In this document: in pieces, positions 58,521-64,000 of the stretch
Layout of the letters: each line of letters starts with the position of its first letter
Position numbering within the stretch: position 1 is the stretch's first letter
Source: Nibricoccus sp.
GTDB lineage: Bacteria; Verrucomicrobiota; Verrucomicrobiia; Opitutales; Opitutaceae
Direction of reading: 5' to 3'
DNA: 64,000 nucleotides
Assembly (NCBI GenBank): GCA_047602425.1
Contig: JASGHG010000001.1
Location: 2,080,001 to 2,144,000 of the forward strand
Program-made: the position numbers and the translations under genes
The notes under the pieces: model-generated
Told to the model about the DNA's origin: nothing
Seen by the model: the letters and a program-made list of their open reading frames with translations, nothing else
Databases searched by the model: none

Positions 58521-59972
58521 ATGACTCCGTTTCCCGCCATGGCCTTTTTCCCTGAGCTGGTGCTCCTCGCCGGTGCTCTCGGCCTTTTCGTCGTCACGCT
58601 TGGCAACAATCAAGGCAGAGCGGCCCGCGCCGGCGCGCTTTTCGTCGGCCTCGTCGCGCTTGGCGCCAGCATTGTGACACTTCCGCAAAGCGCCCTTCTG
58701 TTCGACGGCGCTTATCGCGTGGACGCCTTTTCTCAGTGGTTAAAAATCGTTCTCTGCGGCGGCTATGTTCTTACGCTTCTTCTTAGCGGAAACCTTCCCG
58801 ATATCCGCAGTGAGACCAAGTCCGAGTATTTCCTCTTTTTGAATCTTAGTGTGCTCGGTTTGGTTATGCTCGTGAGCAGCGTGGAAGTTCTCTCGCTCGT
58901 CATCGCCCTCGAACTTTCCTCCTTCCCGCTTTATCTCATGGTCGCGATGCGCCGCGAGCGCGAAGGCCAGCGCATCCAGATGGAATCGGCTGTGAAATAC
59001 ATCATGTTCGGCGTCGCCGCCAACGGCATCATGTTCTTTGGTTTTAGTTATCTGTTCGGCCTGACCGGTTCAACACACTTGTCCGACATGTTCGCCGGAC
59101 TGGCTCCCATCGCCGGCACCCCGATCGCGATCGTCGCGCTCTCGATGGCTTTCTGCGGCTTCTATTACAAACTCGCGGTCTTTCCCTTTCACTTCTGGAC
59201 ACCCGATGTCTACCAAGGCGCCTCCAACGAAACTGCCGGCTACATCGCTTCGCTGCCCAAAGTCGGCGCCGTCGCCGTGCTCGTCCGCCTCGTCACTCTC
59301 GCCACGCCGGACAACCACACGATCGCCATGCTGCTCAGCGCGCTCGCGATCCTCTCGATGTGCTACGGCAACCTAATCGCTTTGGTCCAAACCGATTTCA
59401 AACGCCTGCTTGGTTTCTCGGGTATCGCGCATGCTGGTTATGCGGTTGTCGGTTTCACCGCTCTCGGCACCGCCGGGTTCACCGCCGCGCTCTACTATAT
59501 TGTGGGCTACATGTTGATGGTCACGGCGTGCTTCGTCGTCATCTGCAAGATTTCGAAAGACGGCACCAACGTCGCCATCGAAGAACTCTCCGGCCTGCAT
59601 CGCCGCTCTCCGCTTCTTGCCGCAACGCTCCTCGTTGCGGTCTTCGGTCTTGCCGGCATTCCACCGTTTGTTGGTTTTATCGGTAAGTTCGGCCTTCTCT
59701 CCGCCGCTCTCGCTAAAGGCCACACTGCGCTCGTGATCGTCACCGTGATCAATTCTGCCATCGCGATCTATTACTATCTCCAGGTTGTCCGCAAAGGCAT
59801 CTTTGGCGAAAAACAGTCCGAAGGGGCCGCCCCCGAAGCCATCAGCATCGGCTGGCAGGCCGCAACGCTGTGCGTCTTGCTGATCGTCGGTATCGTCTGG
59901 CTCGGCGTCTATCCCGGGCCCATCCAGGATGCGATTGCCTCCTCGCTAGCTAGCGTCAAACCGCCGCTTTAA
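58521..59972 (+). CDS. nuoN: Complex I subunit N
   Basis: ALELSS, ESAVKY, KLAVFPFHFWTPDVYQGA, KRLLGFSGIAHAGY, GIPPFVGFIGK. Confidence 0.93.
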   Translation: MTPFPAMAFFPELVLLAGALGLFVVTLGNNQGRAARAGALFVGLVALGASIVTLPQSALLFDGAYRVDAFSQWLKIVLCGGYVLTLLLSGNLPDIRSETKSEYFLFLNLSVLGLVMLVSSVEVLSLVIALELSSFPLYLMVAMRREREGQRIQMESAVKYIMFGVAANGIMFFGFSYLFGLTGSTHLSDMFAGLAPIAGTPIAIVALSMAFCGFYYKLAVFPFHFWTPDVYQGASNETAGYIASLPKVGAVAVLVRLVTLATPDNHTIAMLLSALAILSMCYGNLIALVQTDFKRLLGFSGIAHAGYAVVGFTALGTAGFTAALYYIVGYMLMVTACFVVICKISKDGTNVAIEELSGLHRRSPLLAATLLVAVFGLAGIPPFVGFIGKFGLLSAALAKGHTALVIVTVINSAIAIYYYLQVVRKGIFGEKQSEGAAPEAISIGWQAATLCVLLIVGIVWLGVYPGPIQDAIASSLASVKPPL

Positions 59973-60097
59973 ACCCGCGCTAAGCGGTCGATTTCGACCG
60001 GTTGGCACCTGGCCAATTTTTGCGCTGCAAGAGGCAGAATGTAGGCAGAGGGCTCGAGGGTGATTGAGCTAAACTCGGCTCAAGCAAAACCCTGTCC

Positions 60098-61786
60098 GTG
60101 CCTCAACCTTCCCAAGATAAAAACGGTCGTCTCCTGCTCAGCGGTAACGAAGCGGTCGCCCTCGCCGCGCTGCATTGCGGCGTCGCGCTCGGCACTGGTT
60201 ATCCCGGGACACCTTCCACCGAAATTCTCGAAAACTTCAGCGCGCTCGGCGGCAAAGCCCAATGGGCTCCGAACGAAAAAGTCGCCGCCGAAGTCGCTCT
60301 CGGCGCCGCCTTCGCCAAGGCCCGCGTGCTCTGCACGATGAAACACGTCGGCCTCAACGTCGCCGCCGATGTGCTTTTCACCATGACCTATTCCGGTGTC
60401 GATGGCGCTTATGTGCTGATCGTCGCGGACGATCCCGGCATGGCCTCCTCGCAAAATGAACAAGATAGCCGCCGCTATGCCGAAGCTTCGGTCGCGCCGA
60501 TGTTCGAGCCATCCGATTCGCAGGAAGCCTACGATTTGCTCAAGGTCGCTTTCGAGACGAGCGAGCGTTGGAAGATCCCGGTCCTATTCCGGATGACCAC
60601 GCGCGTCTGCCATTCGAAGTCGCCCGTAAAAACTCGTTTCGCCCTTGGCACTAAACCAACTGCCATCGACACAAAGGCACCCACAACCGAATTCGTTCGC
60701 AACATCCCCTTCCATGTCATGGTGCCTGGCTATGCAAAGCCCGCGCACCGCCGTCTCCGCGCCAAGATGGCGGAAATGGAAACTTGGAACAACTCGCAAG
60801 GCCCAAATTCCACCGAGAAACGCTCTGCCGACCTAGGCATCATTGTCGCCGGCATCAGTTATCACCATGTCCGCGAAGCCGCACCCGACGCCTCGGTTCT
60901 CAAGCTCGGCATGACGTATCCGCTGCCGATGCAGACGATCCGCGCGTTCGTCGCCTCGGTGAAACGTTGCATCGTCATCGAGGAAAACGATCCCTGGCTC
61001 GCCACCGCTCTGCGCGCGGATGGTCTCAAAGTCGAAGCGAAGGACGATTCCATTTTCCGTTTCGGCGAACTTTCCGTCGATCGCGTGAATCGTATCCTGA
61101 ATCACGATACAAGCCCCGAGCCTGTTCCTCCGCGCGGCAAACCGCCCGAACTTTGCAAAGGTTGCCCGCACACCCAGAGCTTCGAGGTGATGAAGGAGCT
61201 CGATTGCATCGTCTCCGGCGACATCGGTTGCTACACGCTCGCCGCACTTCCACCACTCGCTGCGATGGACATGATGATCGACATGGGCGCCGCGGTCGGC
61301 ATGGGCCTCGGCCTGCGCCACGTGCTCCCGCGCGATCAGGCCAAACGCGTTGTCTCCGTCATTGGTGACAGCACTTTCCTCCACGGCGGCCTGACCGGCC
61401 TCGTCGAAATGGCCTACAATCCGCCCTCGACCGGCCACGTGCTCATGATCCTCGACAACGGCACCACCGCCATGACCGGCCAGCAGGAACATCCGGGCAC
61501 CGGCCGCCAGCTCGATGGCGAAGGCACGCACAAAGTCAGCTTTGAGGCCATGGCCCGCGCCGCCGGCGTGAAAAATGTTTATACCATTAATCCGGTTAAG
61601 GACCGCGCCAAACTCAAGGAGACGCTCGGCGAATCCCTGCGCAAAGACGAACTCACCGTGATCATCGCGCGCAGTCCCTGCATCCTCGCCGCCGGCCGCA
61701 TCGCCGCCTGGGAAAAAGATCAGAAAGCCAAAGCCGACGCCGAACCTTCCGGCACCTGTCAATGCGTTGGTGGGTGTAATTCCTAA
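60098..61786 (+). CDS. iorA: Indolepyruvate:ferredoxin oxidoreductase alpha subunit, without C-terminal ferredoxin domain
   Basis: GNEAVA, YPGTPSTEI, NEKVAAE, MKHVGLNVAAD, SSQNEQDSR, CKGCPH, GDIGCYTL, GDSTFLH, DNGTTAMTGQQ. Confidence 0.92.
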   Translation: MPQPSQDKNGRLLLSGNEAVALAALHCGVALGTGYPGTPSTEILENFSALGGKAQWAPNEKVAAEVALGAAFAKARVLCTMKHVGLNVAADVLFTMTYSGVDGAYVLIVADDPGMASSQNEQDSRRYAEASVAPMFEPSDSQEAYDLLKVAFETSERWKIPVLFRMTTRVCHSKSPVKTRFALGTKPTAIDTKAPTTEFVRNIPFHVMVPGYAKPAHRRLRAKMAEMETWNNSQGPNSTEKRSADLGIIVAGISYHHVREAAPDASVLKLGMTYPLPMQTIRAFVASVKRCIVIEENDPWLATALRADGLKVEAKDDSIFRFGELSVDRVNRILNHDTSPEPVPPRGKPPELCKGCPHTQSFEVMKELDCIVSGDIGCYTLAALPPLAAMDMMIDMGAAVGMGLGLRHVLPRDQAKRVVSVIGDSTFLHGGLTGLVEMAYNPPSTGHVLMILDNGTTAMTGQQEHPGTGRQLDGEGTHKVSFEAMARAAGVKNVYTINPVKDRAKLKETLGESLRKDELTVIIARSPCILAAGRIAAWEKDQKAKADAEPSGTCQCVGGCNS

Positions 61787-61795
61787 TCAATTTTT

Positions 61796-61923
61796 GCCAC
61801 AGAAAGCACAGAGCTCAGACACAGGGTTCACATAGCCCCGCAACACTCGCCCCCTCATCTTCTCGTTCTTCTTCCTCCCTCCTCTCCGTGCCCTATGTGT
61901 CTGAGCTCTGTGTCCTCTGTGGC
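61796..61923. repeat. CACAGAG palindromic element, copy 4
   Basis: 40-nt arms 61796-61835 and 61884-61923. Confidence 0.9.
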
Positions 61924-61951
61924 CCAATCCGAAATCAATAAAAGTTTCCTC

Positions 61952-62434
61952 ATGCCTCCCGTTGCTTCCCAAGTCATCAATGTCCGCTTCGCCGGCATCG
62001 GCGGCACCGGTGTTATCAAAGCTTCCGACATTTTCGCCGACGTCGCTTTTCGCGAAGGCCAAATCGTCAAGAAAGCCGAAGTCCACGGCATGAGCCAGCG
62101 CGGTGGCTCCGTCCAATCCGACGTACGTTTCGGCACCGAAGTGCATAGCCCGATGATTCCCGATGGCGCGTGCGATTTTCTCGTCGTCATGGAAGCGACA
62201 CAGATCGAAGTCGTGCGCAGCGGACTAAAATCCGGCGGCACGTTGATCGTCCCAACTGACATCGACATCGCTAAGCTGCCATCGGCAAAAGCCCTCAACG
62301 TCGCCATGCTCGGTCGCCTCAGTCGGCTCTTCGATTTTCCTGAGAGCGCCTGGCACGCGAGCCTTCGCGCCAATTTTCCCGAGAAACTCCACACCGCCAA
62401 CGAAACCGCCTTCAACCTTGGCCGCAGCGCCTGA
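61952..62434 (+). CDS. iorB: Indolepyruvate:ferredoxin oxidoreductase beta subunit
   Basis: AGIGGTGVI, AEVHGMSQRGGSV, SPMIP, LNVAMLG. Confidence 0.9.
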   Translation: MPPVASQVINVRFAGIGGTGVIKASDIFADVAFREGQIVKKAEVHGMSQRGGSVQSDVRFGTEVHSPMIPDGACDFLVVMEATQIEVVRSGLKSGGTLIVPTDIDIAKLPSAKALNVAMLGRLSRLFDFPESAWHASLRANFPEKLHTANETAFNLGRSA

Positions 62435-62448
62435 GCCATTTCATTTTC

Positions 62449-62571
62449 GCCACAGAGACCACAGAGCTCGGACCCGGAGTATCAATCCTCACTCACACCC
62501 GCCTTTCCCTTCTTCGCATAAATTTTCCGTCCTCCGTGACCTCTGTGTCATAGCTCTGTGCCCTCTGTGAC
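62449..62571. repeat. CACAGAG palindromic element, copy 5
   Basis: Left arm 62449-62479 (shortened), right arm 62532-62571. Confidence 0.85.
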
Positions 62572-62601
62572 CCAACCTCCCCTCCGCCCCACCCCTGCAT
62601 C

Positions 62602-63945
62602 ATGATCCCCCAACTTTGGAATGACCTCCAAGGCACGTTCTTCTCCGAGAGCGCGCTCGATTTCATGCCCGTTCCGCAGCTGCGTGCCGTTCAGCTCCAG
62701 CGCCTTCAGGCCGCCGTCACGCTCGCCTACGAAAAGGTGCCGCTGTTCCGGTCGCGCATGGACGAGAAAAAACTCACGCCGGCCAGCATTCGCACGCTCG
62801 GTGACGTGAGCAAACTGCCTTTCATGGTCAAAACCGACCTGCGCGACACCTACCCGTATGGCCTTTTCGCCGTGCCCATGAGCGAGGTCGTTCGTCTGCA
62901 TGCCTCCAGCGGTACCACAGGCAAGCCGATAGTCGTTGGTTATACCGCGCAGGACATGCAAGTCTGGGAGCAAGTCATCGTTCGCTCGCTTTATGCCGCC
63001 GGTTTCTCGCGTGGTGATATCGTGCAAAACATGTATGGCTACGGGCTGTTCACCGGAGGCCTCGGTTTGCATGGCGGTCTCGAAGCCATCGGCGCAACGG
63101 TGATCCCAATTTCCGGCGGCAACAGCGAACGCCAGATCATGGTGATGAAGGATTTTGGCGTCACCGCCGTTTGCTGCACACCGAGTTATTTCGTTCACCT
63201 CATCGAAGTCGCCCAAAAAATGGGCATCGATTTCAAGCGCGATCTCAAGGTCAAGCGTGGAGTCTTCGGCGCAGAGCCCTGGACCAATGAAATGCGCCAA
63301 TACATCGAGGAAGCTTCGGGCGTGAAGGCCTACGACATCTACGGTCTTTCCGAAATCATCGGTCCCGGCGTCGCTTGCGAATGCGAATGCCAGAACGGCC
63401 CCCATATTTTTGAAGACCATTTTCTCGCCGAAATCGTCGATCCAAAAACGCTTGAGCCATTGCCCGACGGCGAAGAGGGCGAACTTGTCATAACCACTCT
63501 CAGTAAACAAGCGATGCCGGTCATCCGCTACCGGACGCGCGACATCACGTCGCTCGACAACACGCTATGCAAATGCGGCCGCACCTGCCGTCGCATCAAA
63601 CGCATCAGCCGTCGCAGCGACGACATGTTCATCATTCGTGGCGTGAATGTCTATCCGTCGCAGATCGAAGTTGCGCTCCTCAAGACCGAAGCGAGCCTGC
63701 CGCACTACCAGATCATCCTTACCCGCAAGGGAAGCCTCGATCAGATGGAAGTCCGCGTTGAAATCACTGGCGAAATGCTCCGCGACAATGTTGGCGCGAT
63801 GGAACAGTTGCAGAAAAATTTTTCCCGCAGCATCGAGCAAGTCACGGGCTTGCACGCCCTCGTCACGCTCGCCGAACCAGGCAGCATCCCCCGCAGCGAA
63901 GGCAAGGCCAAGCGCCTTCTCGACCAGCGCAACCAAACCAAGTAA
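62602..63945 (+). CDS. paaK: Phenylacetate-CoA ligase family protein
   Basis: DLRDTYPYG, HASSGTTGKP, YGYGLFTGG, FGAEPW, DIYGLSE, RYRTRD, RGVNVYPSQIE, SEGKAKR. Confidence 0.93.
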   Translation: MIPQLWNDLQGTFFSESALDFMPVPQLRAVQLQRLQAAVTLAYEKVPLFRSRMDEKKLTPASIRTLGDVSKLPFMVKTDLRDTYPYGLFAVPMSEVVRLHASSGTTGKPIVVGYTAQDMQVWEQVIVRSLYAAGFSRGDIVQNMYGYGLFTGGLGLHGGLEAIGATVIPISGGNSERQIMVMKDFGVTAVCCTPSYFVHLIEVAQKMGIDFKRDLKVKRGVFGAEPWTNEMRQYIEEASGVKAYDIYGLSEIIGPGVACECECQNGPHIFEDHFLAEIVDPKTLEPLPDGEEGELVITTLSKQAMPVIRYRTRDITSLDNTLCKCGRTCRRIKRISRRSDDMFIIRGVNVYPSQIEVALLKTEASLPHYQIILTRKGSLDQMEVRVEITGEMLRDNVGAMEQLQKNFSRSIEQVTGLHALVTLAEPGSIPRSEGKAKRLLDQRNQTK

Positions 63946-63960
63946 CAACCCTAAACATTG

Positions 63961-64000
63961 GCCACAAAGATCACAAAGCCATGACAAAGAGAGCACCGAG
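63961..64000. repeat. CACAGAG palindromic element, copy 6 (left arm only, window edge)
   Basis: GCCACAAAGATCACAAAGCCATGACAAAGAGAGCACCGAG aligns with the 40-nt arm. Confidence 0.7.

Noticed and set aside
412..63996. Numerous long antisense or alternate-frame ORFs (e.g. 5830-6957, 24435-25625, 29971-31290, 54998-56437)
   Set aside because: Shadow ORFs expected in GC-rich DNA overlapping well-supported genes; no motifs.
50502..64000. CACAGAG repeats as CRISPR or IS ends
   Set aside because: They are dispersed inverted pairs, not tandem direct repeats with spacers; no transposase lies between the arms and no consistent target duplication was seen.
1..64000. tRNA, rRNA, prophage or recognised defence genes
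   Set aside because: None recognised by eye; dedicated scans were not run.

Overview
GC-rich bacterial chromosomal window. The gene content (PEP-CTERM protein, DUF5069/DUF3016/DUF481-type proteins, soluble TonB-C protein, large secreted autotransporter-repeat enzymes) suggests Opitutaceae/Verrucomicrobiota, which is an inference. The first ~47 kb is a mosaic of housekeeping, envelope, signalling and carbohydrate genes. The last ~16 kb is one co-oriented cluster: a complex I-like operon without nuoEFG but with four antiporter-like subunits, followed by iorA-iorB-paaK. I saw no rRNA, tRNA, CRISPR array, transposase or integrase. Most notable: (1) the N-module-less complex I next to an IOR that lacks its ferredoxin domain; (2) an STT3/AglB-like membrane protein without the WWDxG motif; (3) a two-gene island with an integron attC-like site but no integrase; (4) a ~25-unit array of RTTGY phased every 21 nt; (5) an apparently inactive M50-like membrane protein fused to two cNMP-binding domains; (6) three families of intergenic palindromic repeats. 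All family assignments come from motif recognition by eye, not from database searches.
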